Of a stretch of DNA of 64,000 nucleotides, positions 24,076-37,123 are shown piece by piece. Numbering within the stretch: the first letter of the stretch is position 1; each line of letters opens with the position of its first letter. Below the pieces are notes generated by a model. It did no database searches and was not told the origin of the DNA. It saw only the letters and a program-made list of their open reading frames with translations. The position numbers were made by a program, and so were the translations under genes. This DNA is from Macrostomum lignano (lineage: Eukaryota): NCBI GenBank assembly GCA_002269645.1, contig NIVC01000399.1, forward strand, positions 62,001-126,000. The letters are read 5' to 3'.

Positions 24076-24120
24076 CTGTACCCCTCGCAGCAAGAATATC
24101 AATTATCTGCTCATGCTCAC

Positions 24121-24157
24121 CCAAAGCCGAGTACAGTAGACAGCTGAGCATCTTCAT
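24121..24157 (-). CDS. Candidate upstream micro-exon (MKMLSCLLYSAL) of the PDP-like transcript
   Basis: ATG preceded by a possible acceptor (caacag) and followed by a good donor G|gtgagc, but phase 1 is out of frame with the PDP reading frame. Confidence 0.3.
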
Positions 24158-24749
24158 CGCCGCTGTTGTATTGTACTCAATTTTTGAGTAAATTTAAAAA
24201 TCCAATGAAAAAATTCTAAGACTGAAAATACAATTGAATGGCTAGTATATTCAGTGTTCTAATTTCAATCTAATCTGTTTGAAAAAACTACAGATTAATC
24301 AAAAAAATAATCCTTACGGATGTCTAGAAAAAAATTCTTCTAAAAAAGTTTTAGAAGCAACAGCCTTTCTCAGTTGAGAGTCTCGACTCGGTTGAACTGC
24401 AACTTTAGGGTGCCGGCCGATTATACATTTAGATATAATAGCATTTGCTAACCCCAAGCCGCCCACATAACACGCGGGCAGACTGGGGGTGACACCAAGC
24501 TAGTCTGGCTTTGTCCCTATTGGCTGCAGAAGAAATCACGTGCGCTAGAGGGCACAGGGACAGTCGGAGGCGGCCTGTTGAAGAATTCATGCCAAATTGT
24601 ACTTTTATTTTCTCTTCTGCAGCGGTGCAGCGGAATCCACGATTATGTCTGTATTGACTTTAAACAATTGACATTAGCGTAGCCTGCCTCGTGACATGGC
24701 TAAACATGTCAATCTTTTATTGCCAGCCGCCACCTGCAGCTTTCTCTCG

Positions 24750-26985
24750 TGTCTGCTGTGCTATCTCTCATTAATATCTCCCTATCGTCTCCTTCACATC
24801 TCCCTCATGTGTCTGCTGTGCTATCTCTCATTAATATCTCCCTATCGTCTCCTTCACATCTCCCTCACGTGTCTGCTGTGCTGTCTCTCATTAATATCTC
24901 CCTATCGTCTCCTTCACATCTCCCTCACGTGTCTGCTGTGCTATCTCTCATTAATATCTCCCTATCGTCTCCTTCACATCTCCCTCATGTGTCTGCTGTG
25001 CTATCTCTCATTAATATCTCCCTATCGTCTCCTTCACATCTCCCTCATGTGTCTGCTGTGCTATCTCTCATTAATATCTCCCTATCGTCTCCTTCACATC
25101 TCCCTCACGTGTCTGCTGTGCTATCTCTCATTAATATCTCCCTATCGTCTCCTTCACATCTCCCTCATGTGTCTGCTGTGCTATCTCTCATTAATATCTC
25201 CCTATCGTCTCCTTCACATCTCCCTCATGTGTCTGCTGTGCTATCTCTCATTAATATCTCCCTATCGTCTCCTTCACATCTCCCTTATGTGTCTGCTGTG
25301 CTGTCTCTCATTAATATCTCCCTATCGTCTCCTTCACATCTCCCTCACGTGTCTGCTGTGCTGTCTCTCATTATTATCTCCCTATCGTCTCCTTCACATC
25401 TCCCTCAAGTGTCTGCTGTGCTGTCTCTCATTATTATCTCCCTATCGTCTCCTTCACATCTTCCTCAAGTGTCTGCTGTGCTGTCTCTCATTAATATCTC
25501 CCTATCGTCTCCTTCACATCTTCCTCAAGTGTCTGCTGTGCTGTCTCTCATTAATATCTCCCTATCGTCTCCTTCACATCTCCCTCACGTGTCTGCTGTG
25601 CTATCTCTCATTAATATCTCCCTATCGTCTCCTTCACATCTCCCTCACGTGTCTGCTGTGCTGTCTCTCATTAATATCTCCCTATCGTCTCCTTCACATC
25701 TCCCTCACGTGTCTGCTGTGCTGTCTCTCATTATTATCTCCCTATCGTCTCCTTCACATCTCCCTCACGTGTCTGCTGTGCTGTCTCTCATTATTATCTC
25801 CCTATCGTCTCCTTCACATCTCCCTCAAGTGTCTGCTGTGCTGTCTCTCATTAATATCTCCCTATCGTCTCCTTCACATCTCCCTCACGTGTCTGCTGTG
25901 CTGTCTCTCATTAATATCTCCCTATCGTCTCCTTCACATCTCCCTCACGTGTCTGCTGTGCTGTCTCTCATTATTATCTCCCTATCGTCTCCTTCACATC
26001 TCCCTCAAGTGTCTGCTGTGCTGTCTCTCATTATTATCTCCCTATCGTCTCCTTCACATCTTCCTCAAGTGTCTGCTGTGCTGTCTCTCATTAATATCTC
26101 CCTATCGTCTCCTTCACATCTTCCTCAAGTGTCTGCTGTGCTGTCTCTCATTAATATCTCCCTATCGTCTCCTTCACATCTCCCTCACGTGTCTGCTGTG
26201 CTGTCTCTCATTAATATCTCCCTATCGTCTCCTTCACATCTTCCTTATGTGTCTGCTGTGCTATCTCTCATTAATATCTCCCTATCGTCTCCTTCACATC
26301 TCCCTCACGTGTCTGCTGTGCTGTCTCTCATTAATATCTCCCTATCGTCTCCTTCACATCTTCCTTATGTGTCTGCTGTGCTATCTCTCATTAATATCTC
26401 CCTATCGTCTCCTTCACATCTCCCTCACGTGTCTGCTGTGCTATCTCACGTGTCTCCCTCAAGTCTCTCCCTCACATCTCTCCCTCAAGTCTATCACTTA
26501 CGTCTCCCTCACATCTCTCTCACGTCTCCCTTACGTCTCTCCCTCACGTCTCTCCCTCCGTCTCTCCCTCACGTCTCCCTCACGTCTCTCCCTCACATCT
26601 CTCCCTCATGTCTCTCCCTCCGTCTCTCCCTCACGTCTCTCCCTCACGTCTCCCTCACGTCTCCCTCACGTCTCTCTCACGTCTCTCCCTCACGTCTCTC
26701 CCTCACATCTCTCCCTCACGTCTCTCTCACTTCTCTCTCTCACGTCTCCGTCACATCTCTCCCTCACATCTCTCCCTCTCGTCTCTCCCTTACGTCTCTC
26801 CCTCTCGTCTCTCCCTTACGTCTCTCCCTCTCGTCTCTCCCTTACGTCTCTCCCTCACATCTCTCCCTCACGTCTCTCTCTCACGTCTCTCCCTCACGTC
26901 TCTCCCTCACATCTCTCCCTCACGTCTCCCTCACATCTCTCCCTCACGTCTCCCTCACATCTCTCCCTCACGTCTCTCCCTCACA
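24750..26985. repeat. 60-bp minisatellite (about 28 copies) grading into an 11-13-bp subunit array after ~26445
   Basis: Successive 60-nt lines are near-identical; explains the 770- and 820-aa ORFs. Confidence 0.98.
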
Positions 26986-27624
26986 TTACGTTATCACTCT
27001 TTTTTTAGCCTCTCATCCCTTCGTTACCCTACCCTCCTCTTCATTGCAAACTATTGTTCTTCTCTCTCAGTCATTAATTATCCATTACAGAGAAATTTGT
27101 ATTTTCAATATTTCAATTTTAATCACTGTATCTTATGCGGAAATTATTTGGCTAAAATTGTCTTTTTTCACATCCTTCACAGCACATTCCCACGCACCGC
27201 ACTCTGCTTGAACTGAATAATCAGATATCAAAGGGCATCTGGTTTCCCGCCAACTTCTCTGCTAAAATGATATTGCACATGGGACTGAACCGAACTAACT
27301 GTGCACTTACGCCATGTCTGCTGGGGAAAATGGTTATTACTATATATTACTATACTATTTTTAGTTCTGGCACTACTAAGAACCTCCTTCCGCTTGCGTT
27401 TCCTATAAAATATACTTTGCACCCCGTGACTTGTGCTGGTAGCAATATAGAAGCCACATCATGCTGTGTTTTTCTACCTATTGTAGCAGATTATCAAGCA
27501 TAAATGTATCTGTTTGGACCATCCGATACGATGATGCACTTCCGTTGTTTCTAGATTGGCAATTTTACACACAGAACAACCACTGCTGTGCCATCTGAAA
27601 GTTATAAAAAGAAGTATATGTGAG

Positions 27625-28015
27625 GGAGATATAAGGGAGACATGAGGGAGATATGAGGGTCATGTGAGGGAGATGTGAGAGAGATGTGAGGGAGCTGTGA
27701 GGGAGATGTGAGGGAGATGTGAGGGAGATGTGAGGGAGATGTGAGGGAGATGTGAGGGAGATGTGAGGGAGATGTGAGGGAGATGTGAGGTAGATGTGAG
27801 GGAGATGTGAGGGATATGTGAGGGAGATGTGAGGGATATATGAGGGAGATTTGAGGGAGATGTGAGGGTCATGTGAGGGAGATGTGAGGGAGGTGTGAGG
27901 GAGATGTGAGGGAGATGTGAGGGATATGTGAGGGAGATGTGAGGGAGATGTGAGGGAGATGTGAGGGAGATGTGAGGGAGATGTGAGGGAGATGTGAGGA
28001 GATGTGAGGGAGATG
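27625..28015. repeat. 11-bp minisatellite (gagggagatgt)
   Basis: Visible; inverse of the acatctccctc subunit at 24750-26985. Confidence 0.95.
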
Positions 28016-28022
28016 TTAGGGC

Positions 28023-28820
28023 TTCGTTTTAGCGCCACTGGGAAGATTTTAGCGCCATTGGGAAGATTTTAGCAAGACTTGGGAGATTTTAGCGCCACTG
28101 GGAAGATTTTAGCGCCACTGGGGAGATTTTAGCACCAATTGGTGATTTTAGCGCCACTGGGGAGATTTTAGCGCCAATGGGTGATTTTAGCGCCACTGGG
28201 GAGATTTTGGCGCTAATGGGTGATTTTAGCGCCACTGGGAAGATTTTTGCGCCACTGGGAAGATTTTAGCGTTACTGGGAAGATTTTTGCGCCACTGGGA
28301 AGATTTTAGCGCCAATGGGGGATTTTAGCGCCACTGGGAAGATTTTAGCGCCACTGGGAAGATTTTAGCGCCACTGGGGTGGTTTTAGCGTCATTGGCGA
28401 GATTTTAGCGCCACTGGGAAGATTTTAGTGTCACTAGGGAGATTTTAGCGCCAATGGGGGGATTTTAGCGCCACTGGGAAGATTTTAGCGCCACTGGGGA
28501 GATTTTAGCGCCAATGGGGGGATTTTAGCGGCACTGGGAAGATTTTAGCGCCACTGGGGGATTTTAGCGCCACTGGGAAGATTTTAGCGCCACTGGGGTG
28601 GTTTTAGCGTCATTGGCGAGATTTTAGCGCCACTGGGAAGATTTTAGCGCCACTGGGGAGATTTTAGCGCCACTGGGAAGATTTTAGCGCCACTGGGGAG
28701 ATTTTAGCGCCACTGGGAAGATTTTAGCGCCATTGGGGAGGTTCTAGCGCCACTGGGGAGATTTTAGCGCCTCTGGGAAGATTTTAGCGCCACTGGGAAG
28801 ATTTTAGCGCCACTGGGACT
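28023..28820. repeat. 19-20-bp minisatellite (gattttagcgccactgggaa)
   Basis: Visible. Confidence 0.95.
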
Positions 28821-29434
28821 CCCTCCTGCCTCGCAGCCCTGCTCTGCGGTGCCTGTTTTATCAGTGCGCATATCGAGCCAAATGCAGCTTTTATGAGAGC
28901 ATTATTCCACCGATAGTCTGAACAAAGCTAGCAGAAACGCCTACACACAAGTTTGTCTATATATGAGAATATCGATTTTCTATATCCTACTCTGTGCTCA
29001 AGCTATACAGATAGTGGGAGTGTGTAGCGATTGCTTCCACTCCTCTTTCTCAGTCTGTTTGTCTTCTCAGCAGACAATTTGTGCACCAAACTCCTCTTTT
29101 TTGTCCCACTGAATGCGTAGGCGTTCAAGAGTTCTAATCTGCAAATGCGTGCACAGGTAAAGGCGCACGATTGCCTCCGCCTGCTGGCTTTGGCGATAAA
29201 GTGCACGCGGGAACAAGTCATGTGACGCAGCGCGCTGCCTGTCACCCCTTGTCTGTCTGGCCGGATACTTTGCTTTTGACCATATTGAATTGCTAAACGA
29301 GATTTTCAAGCAAATGAAGAGGCTTTATTCCCAACTGGAAGATTTAATTTCAAACTGACAGGTTTCCTTCAACTTTGGCAACCTTCCGAACTGGTAAACT
29401 CCCTTCTAAACTGGAAAAATCCCCTCCAAACTGA

Positions 29435-30245
29435 AAACCTCCCAAACTGACAATCTTCCAAACTGACAACCTCCCAAACTGACAACCTCCCAAACTGACA
29501 ATCTTCCAAACTGACAACCTCCCAAACTGACAACCTCCCAAACTGACAACCTCCCAAACTGACAACCTCCCAAACTGACAACCTCTCAAACTGACAACCT
29601 CTCAAACTGACAAGCTTCTAAACTGACAACCTCCCAAACTGACAAGCTTCTAAACTGACAACCTTCTAAACTCACAACCTCCCAAACTGACAAGCTTCTA
29701 AACTGACAACCTCCCAAACTGACAGCCTCCCAAACTGACAACCTCCCAAACTGACAACCTCCCAAACTGACAAGCTTCTAAACTGACAGCCTCCCAAACT
29801 GACAACCTCCCAAACTGACAACCTCCCAAACTGACAATCTTCCAAACTGACAACCTCCCAAACTGACAACCTCCCAAACTGACAACCTCCCAAACTGACA
29901 ACCTCCCAAACTGACAACCTCTCAAACTGACAACCTCTCAAACTGACAAGCTTCTAAACTGACAACCTCCCAAACTGACAAGCTTCTAAACTGACAACCT
30001 TCTAAACTCACAACCTCCCAAACTGACAAGCTTCTAAACTGACAACCTCCCAAACTGACAGCCTCCCAAACTGACAACCTCCCAAACTGACAAGCTTCTA
30101 AACTGACAGCCTCCCAAACTGACAACCTCCCAAACTGACAACCTCCCAAACTGACAATCTTCCAAACTGACAACCTTCTAAACTGACAACCTTCTAAACT
30201 GACAACCTTCTAAACTCACAACCTTCCAAACTAACAACTTTCCAA
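29435..30245. repeat. 16-bp minisatellite (caaactgacaacctcc)
   Basis: Visible. Confidence 0.96.
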
Positions 30246-30749
30246 AGCGGCAATTGAGCCCTTTAAAATAGAAAAATAGCACAATTCATTACATTTCTGT
30301 GGCGTCTCTCAATTTCAAAGAATCAGCTCCCTCGGCAACGAAAGCAAATGCGCACCACTTTAGTCACGTGGCATTGGCACAGGAATTGCAAGGCTAGAAC
30401 CAAAAGTATGAATTCAGTGGCCTCTAAAAGCAAAACAAGTCTGACCAGCCACTCAGCCAGTTAGATTTCTTGATGTCTAAAATAACATGCGCCTGAATTT
30501 TAGCACCGTTGTACATTTCCTGGGAAATATTCGGTCTGTAGACATTCTCAGCACAGTTGCCAGACCAGGTTGGCGCGCGTCATGCCAGTTTGCCATGTCC
30601 TTTGCTTTGTTTTCGCGTTCTTTGTCTAATTAGCATAATTGCAACGCGTGACATAATTAGGGCTTTTCCGGTTGGCAATGTGCGACAGGGTACTGAGAGT
30701 GAAAACACCAATGACAGGCAGACAGACACTCGAATAATTAATGCCGCTT

Positions 30750-31285
<536 letters not shown>

Positions 31286-33848
31286 GTATGTATATTTTTT
31301 CTGTCTGTTCTGGCTTCGTGTCTGTTTGTGTCCATTCATTATCTGCCTTTTCGCATCTCAATGACAAAGTCACTGCGCAATAAAAAATAAATCTGTTTCT
31401 TAATTTGAAACCTGGACTATTTTTGACTATAGTCGGAACTGCTGTTTATTTTTATCCTTCAAGGAGTCCGTGAGAAAAAAATGTTTCTCTTGTACCGGAA
31501 AATTGATGTCTCGTTGGCAGTTTCACACGCTTTTTTTTAACGACACGGTGACTGCAAAACTTTTCTTTTCTTTGCTAAATTTAAATTTTGTTTTGTTTCA
31601 GTCGCTTTATTCGCAGACAACCCAAATATCCAATTTTAACACGAGTATTGCAACGTGTTTCCTTTTGTTTGGTGTACTGTTAGGAAAAAATCAACACTCT
31701 ACTTTCTTCCTTATTGAATCATCTGTTTTATAGAACTTTTGTGCTTTGCACACTGAGAACTTAATTATGCGATGATTCGATAATAAAACGGATAAAATTT
31801 AAGTCGTAGCTAGATCTGATAATTTTTTTAGTCACAGAGCCACAATCTGCAAATTCAAGACTTCGTTTATGAGTTAGTCGATCTTATTTCCCTCATTTAT
31901 TTTCACGACTAGTAATATTTATATTGGCAAAACGAGACAAAATACGCTTACGAAACACATGGTATAACAAATTTTCCACTTAATACGAGAAGTGTACTAC
32001 TTACAGTAGGCTCCGACAGTAGTGTACTGAGAGAGGGAATAGTAAAATTTAATATCCGCATAAAATCGATTAGCCGTGTTATTGAGTCAACGCTTTGGCT
32101 AATAAGCAATGAATGAATGCAGACATTAGTAATTTTATCAGCTCAATATTGCATGAAAACATAATATGAATAATAGCAATTAATTGAAAAATTAATTAAA
32201 AATTATATCATTTTGAAGCGAAGGTCCAGCACTGTTTGACTCTTGCACGGAAATATTAGCGTAATTCTAACAAAAGGAATCATTTTTACACAGGCATTTT
32301 AGTTCGTTGAAAACTGTAAATTATTTATAATTATAATATAAACTTAGCTGCATTCAGCATTAGCCGTCAATATCAGCATAAACGTAAATGAAAGTTATGG
32401 GACAATGTACACAATACACATTAGCCACGTACCATTTTTCTAACACAGTCAATATATACAAGGGAGTTTGTTCATTAATTATTAGTCCAATCTGACAAAA
32501 TAATCACCACAAAAAGATGATTATAGGTTTCTTAAAGCCATTAAAGTTTCATACCTAAGCATGACGTAGTTAAATATTTTTTTAATAATTAAACAAAACT
32601 TTCAAGGCTTGAAATTGAACTTCTATTCGTACAAACCAATAGTCTAAATTCTCCGGGTTTTACAACTCCAATGCAACAAATACGCTTTTATAGCTTCTGC
32701 TATTCAAATATAGCAAAAATTCACAAAAAACTATTTAATTCTCTAATCTCCGTCAATGCATTATAGCAGTAATAAAACAAAAATTAGAAGCTAAAATACT
32801 GCCTTAGAAAATATGGAGAGGAATAACAATAAATGTACATTAGTAACCAATACAAGTTGCTTTAGCACGATTACGTTAATTAACAGAAGTATTCAGATGC
32901 GCATGCTAGTAAAACAAAACGCTTGTTTTTAAAAAATCGTTAAATTGTAAGTTTTAATAGCTGACTCTTTCACTTCAAATGGAAAACTGATATTAAAATA
33001 TTTAATAAGATGAAAAATATAACAAAACAGACTTAAAGCTGGTTGTTCACTGCGAGGAACTAGAGGTGATGAGCAAATAATTTTTAGTATGACGCGCTTT
33101 ATTTGTTAAAACACAAAGGCAGTCCAGTACTCGAGTATTAAGAGGCTAAATAATACATTATTAATTCATAACTACTAAAAATAAACGATCGATTAAATAG
33201 AAAAGTTGGACAATTAGTTACGTTCAATTGTTTTAAACCCGTAAAACATTCGACTCCGATACACGTCTGCAAGCGTATATAGAAAATGGGTTCTTTTACA
33301 TTGCGCCGGTCATCATGTAGCTAATTTTTTACGTTTTGACCGTTGCATGACATTGGAAATTGTTGTACAGGAAAAGGGTGAAAATTGTTGTGACTAGAGG
33401 ATTTATAAAATAACAAATTTTGAAGCCATAATAAATATAATATTTTTTCTATAGACGAGACAAAATAACTTTGCCGGCAGAATGTTATTTTGTTTTATGT
33501 TCCTGCGGATTCATAGCACTGTCAGCATACACGGAAATACTGGTTACAACAACCATGGTGTTTTTAACTTTAAAGTTTAAATTTTAAATAAGCAGAATCG
33601 ACTGAGATTTGCAAAATTAGGAATGAGACAAATATCTGATGCTATGAGATTAAATGAGGCGTATTAGAATATTTATCATATGATTAGTGAGATGGCGCGG
33701 AAAAAATCCAAAGTAAAATTATCAATTTTAAGCATCGCGTTGTGCTTCAAATTGTTAATACAATTAGCGTACGATCGCATAATAAAAAAAAACCCGGAAA
33801 AATCAACAGTCAATTTTCACCTGCAATCCACACTCTAACCACATATTT

Positions 33849-34153
33849 TCAAACAGTCATATCCTTGAAGAACAGGTTGTCGATCTGCCGGCACACCTGG
33901 TCAGCTGGATTGGCTGCAGATGAGGCAGCGGTCACAGGGGAGGCGCTGTGGCCAGCGCTGGCTGCGTGAACAGTTGCCAGAGGCTGCGGGGTTGGCGGCT
34001 TTGATCCCTGCTGGTGCTGTGGCTGCTGCTGGGGCTGGGGCTGATTTTGAATACTGGGCAAAGGCGCTGATCGACTTGTTTGCACTGAGCTCAGTTGCGG
34101 AACTGGGGTGAACCGTATTGGCGCCTGCTGCTGCTGTTGTTGCTGCTGGGGAT
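33849..34153 (-). CDS. Protocadherin probable terminal exon (DPQQQQ...QVCRQIDNLFFKDMTV*)
   Basis: Acceptor acaacgcag at 34154; ORF 33849-34085. A second frame (stop at 33901) is also open. Confidence 0.65.
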
Positions 34154-34582
34154 CTGCGTTGTATAGTTATAGTATAGTACAAAAATAACGTTGTACAAAC
34201 TGTATGTAGTATTTTATCAAAATAGTACAAATATCGATCGATATCTGTATTAAAATTTCTCAAATCCTAACTTGATTTACAAAATCGGTAGTACAAATGT
34301 ACAAATGTAGTGCGAAAAAATCGTAAAACAAAAATGCACAGACTTTGAATATTTGTGTTGGTTATGTAGTGATCCGCTAGTTGATGTTAGGCGTCCCACT
34401 TTGTCAGCAGTCTCCCTCGCCCTCGCCCTGGGTTGCTGTCTGCCGCTGGTCAGCTTCCCGCCCGCCCCCCTTGGCCCGTCTGTTGCTGCCCTTGGCCTGT
34501 TCTGCCCTTCTGCGTCTCTGTTCTCAGCCCTCAGCTTCTCTGCTGTGGGCTGTCTCTGTTTCGTTCCCGTCCCGTTTTCCTC

Positions 34583-35262
34583 TGTCATGTGAGCAAGTCA
34601 CATGACAGACTCTGCGTTCTTCGAGTCCTAAAGTGCAGTAAACATGTTTACTGCACTCGTTGGCCCTGTTTACCGGGAGAATCACGTGCTTTCGGACCCC
34701 TCCCTTCTCTAAGGAGAGGAGTGACTCATGTTGCTAAAAATAGCAACTGAGTCACAGCCGCGTGTACTCTGGCCGGAGACCTCAAGTGACGTCAGTTCTA
34801 AAAATAGAACGAGTCACGAGGTCTTCCGCACGCTTGTACCCTACCCAAGACTCTCAAGTGACGTCAGTTCTAAAAATAGAACAAGTCACGAGGTCTTGTG
34901 CGTGGGTGTTTCCCGGCTATAAATAGGACCCCTCTCCCCTTGTTTCCGTCAAGGAATTGATTGGCTTCTTATCTGCGGAGAATTCACTAAGATCCCGTGT
35001 GCGTCAGTGTCTAACTAAGTGCCCTTTGCGTACTGAATCCGTTTGTACTGGTCTGACTGAGACCCCACTAAAGCCCAAGCCTAAGTGAGGCTAACACTAC
35101 CTTCCCAGCCACCCCTGAGCCCGGCGGGGATCTGCTGATCAGGACGCTTTGTTCATTAATCTACAAATCTGCACGCTGTGCTGAGTTCGTTGACTTGTTT
35201 ATTTCGTTCCGACGGGAAGCTCGCCTCATCGAAGGCCGAGACCTGAAGGAACTGGTGGCAGC
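34583..35262 (+). mobile_element. LTR-like remnant with promoter motifs and possible PBS
   Basis: Starts TGTCATG inside a 12-bp hairpin; TATAAATA at 34918; TGGTGGCAGC at 35253 resembles a tRNA-Leu primer-binding site. No TSD, second LTR or gag/pol seen. Confidence 0.4.
34683..34925 (+). promoter_or_regulatory. Cluster: E-box, two AP-1 sites, two CRE sites, TATA box
   Basis: CACGTG 34683, TGACTCA 34722, TGAGTCA 34748, TGACGTCA 34787 and 34859 (within a duplicated ~45-bp block), TATAAATA 34918. Confidence 0.5.
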
Positions 35263-35599
35263 ACTACCTACGCTACTGAGAGTTGAGAGAAGACTTCCCA
35301 AGAAGAAGAGGCCGCGACTTAAGGTAAACTTAAGGGCGCTAAACCGGGAAGAAACACCATTCTACTTCAGTTAATTTTCACTGCAGCTGAAATGATTGGT
35401 TCAAATAATAATTCCAATGCTCGATGTGATTATTCATTAAGAAAAGGCGATTGGCTACTAACTACAATAACTGCCAACTACACTCAGCAATATTTAAAAG
35501 TGTCCACCCTTGCCCCAAGGGTCCATGGGCAGCACGATCGATGGTTTCGCCAATTGGCTTTGGGCCATAGACAAATGAGCAAAAAAGGACAGGAAAGTG

Positions 35600-35953
35600 T
35601 AAAGACCGATATCTGGTGTCACAGGGAAAAGCGTTACAGTAACGAGTGTACAGGAGTTCACTGGAGGCATCTGGACGCAGGTGACAATGATAGTCCGCCA
35701 AATGACTGATTGGCGCACTTTGCGTTGGCCATCCAGATCACCGGATATGAACCCGATTGAGCACGTGTGGGATTCCCTGAAGCGCACGATTCGGTGCAAC
35801 AGTCTCTATCCCTCAGAACATGGTCCAGCTGCGCAATGCGCTTTCAGTCGCGTGGCAACAGCTTCCACAAGACTTTCTGCGGCGCCTTGTTCGGGAATGC
35901 CTCGACGAGTGAGCGGTCTGTTGGATGCTCGTGGTTCCTATCTATACCTGTAA
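35600..35953 (+). mobile_element. Degenerate Tc1/mariner transposase fragment
   Basis: WPSRSPDMNPIEHVWDSLKR (from 35726) and MPRRVSGLLDARG match the Tc1 WPxxSPDLNPIExxW and MPRRxxAVIxAxG motifs. No intact ORF and no TIR pair found. Confidence 0.85.
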
Positions 35954-36201
35954 CTGACTGTGCTTTAGACATGTACACAGCGTGGAAATGGCATGGACTT
36001 GTTTCTCTGTTCATTCTCTGTTGCCTTATTTTGATTGTCTATGGCCCAAACATAGTTAAAACCCTTTTAATCCCTAATCGTTCAGCTAGTGTAGCCTTTT
36101 GTGCAGACGTGGACACTTTTCAATGTTGCTGAGTGTAACTTAAACCCCAGCGGCCCGGACGACCAAAGCTAGTCACTCTCACCTCTGTAGGCAGCCTTCA
36201 C

Positions 36202-36725
36202 CTGCTGATGGTGGTGACTTCCAGCGCCTGCGGCAGTCCCGCTACCACCTTGCTGGTTATGATAGCCCGGACCGAGGACAGATCCTCGTCTGAGCAGCCG
36301 CGGCCGCTATCGGACTGGGCACCGTCAGCGACAGGCTGGTCTTGATGGTTTGGCTGCTGCGGCTGGTGCTGCGGCTGTCCATAGTGCACCACCTGGTGCT
36401 GACCGCGGGAAATAGTACAAAAATTGTTGAGATGCTGCTGCTGCTGCTGCTGCTGCTGATAGTACCTCGGATGCTGCATCTGCGGCGAGGCGGCGGCATC
36501 CTCTTTGATCTGGTAGAGCCAGAAGTTCACCTGATCGCTCTTGGCCTGACCGGGTCTCGAAGCCTGCGCTCCTCCTCTAGAAGCAGATCTCTCGCCAGCC
36601 ACTTGATGGCGCGGATTTGGCAGAGTGCTGCAGGCTCCGCCGCCGCCGCCGCCGCCGCCGCCTCCATAGTAACAGCTCGCGTCGTGACTTTGCGGCAGCG
36701 CAAACGAGGTCGTCACTATTGGACT
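36202..36725 (-). CDS. Protocadherin cytoplasmic exon (G/Q-rich, SDSGRGCSDED motif); 3' boundary uncertain (36202 or 36183)
   Basis: Acceptor cgcgcccag at 36726, in frame with ORF 36198-36716. DSGRG resembles the conserved DSG motif of protocadherin tails. Confidence 0.8.
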
Positions 36726-36829
36726 CTGGGCGCGAATGTTTTTGCCGGGCTTTGTTAGATAAAAAACACCATATCATCAAAGATTGATTTAAATGTAATC
36801 CAGCACGATGTAGGTACACAATGTACACT

Positions 36830-37120
36830 TAAAAGTGTACACTACACAATGTGCACTACAAAATATACACATCAAAATGTACACCAAAAATGTACAATTC
36901 AAAATTTACACTACACAATGTACAATACACGATGTACACACTACACAATGTACAATACACGATGTACACACTACACAATGTACAATACACGATGTACACA
37001 CTACACAATGTACAATACACGATGTACACACTACACAATGTACAATACACGATGTACACACTACACAATGTACAATGCACGATGTACACACTACACAATG
37101 TACAATGCACGATGTACACT
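36830..37120. repeat. 30-bp minisatellite (tgtacaatacacgatgtacacactacacaa)
   Basis: Visible; abuts the donor at 37123. Confidence 0.95.
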
Positions 37121-37123
37121 CAC

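Noticed and set aside
24696-27211. 770- and 820-aa ORFs
   Set aside because: Translations of a stop-free 60-bp minisatellite, open in several frames with no splice context or domain.
29003-29309. Two 80-aa minus-strand ORFs as candidate first exons of the PDP-like gene
   Set aside because: No convincing phase-0 donor or similarity seen.
31400-33840. AT-rich unique stretch as a separate feature
   Set aside because: No ORF or structure; most simply a long protocadherin 3' UTR or intergenic DNA, not resolvable from sequence alone.
34277-34588. 103-aa minus-strand ORF resembling a gag/ORF1 fragment
   Set aside because: Low-complexity purine-rich sequence with no zinc knuckle or other motif.
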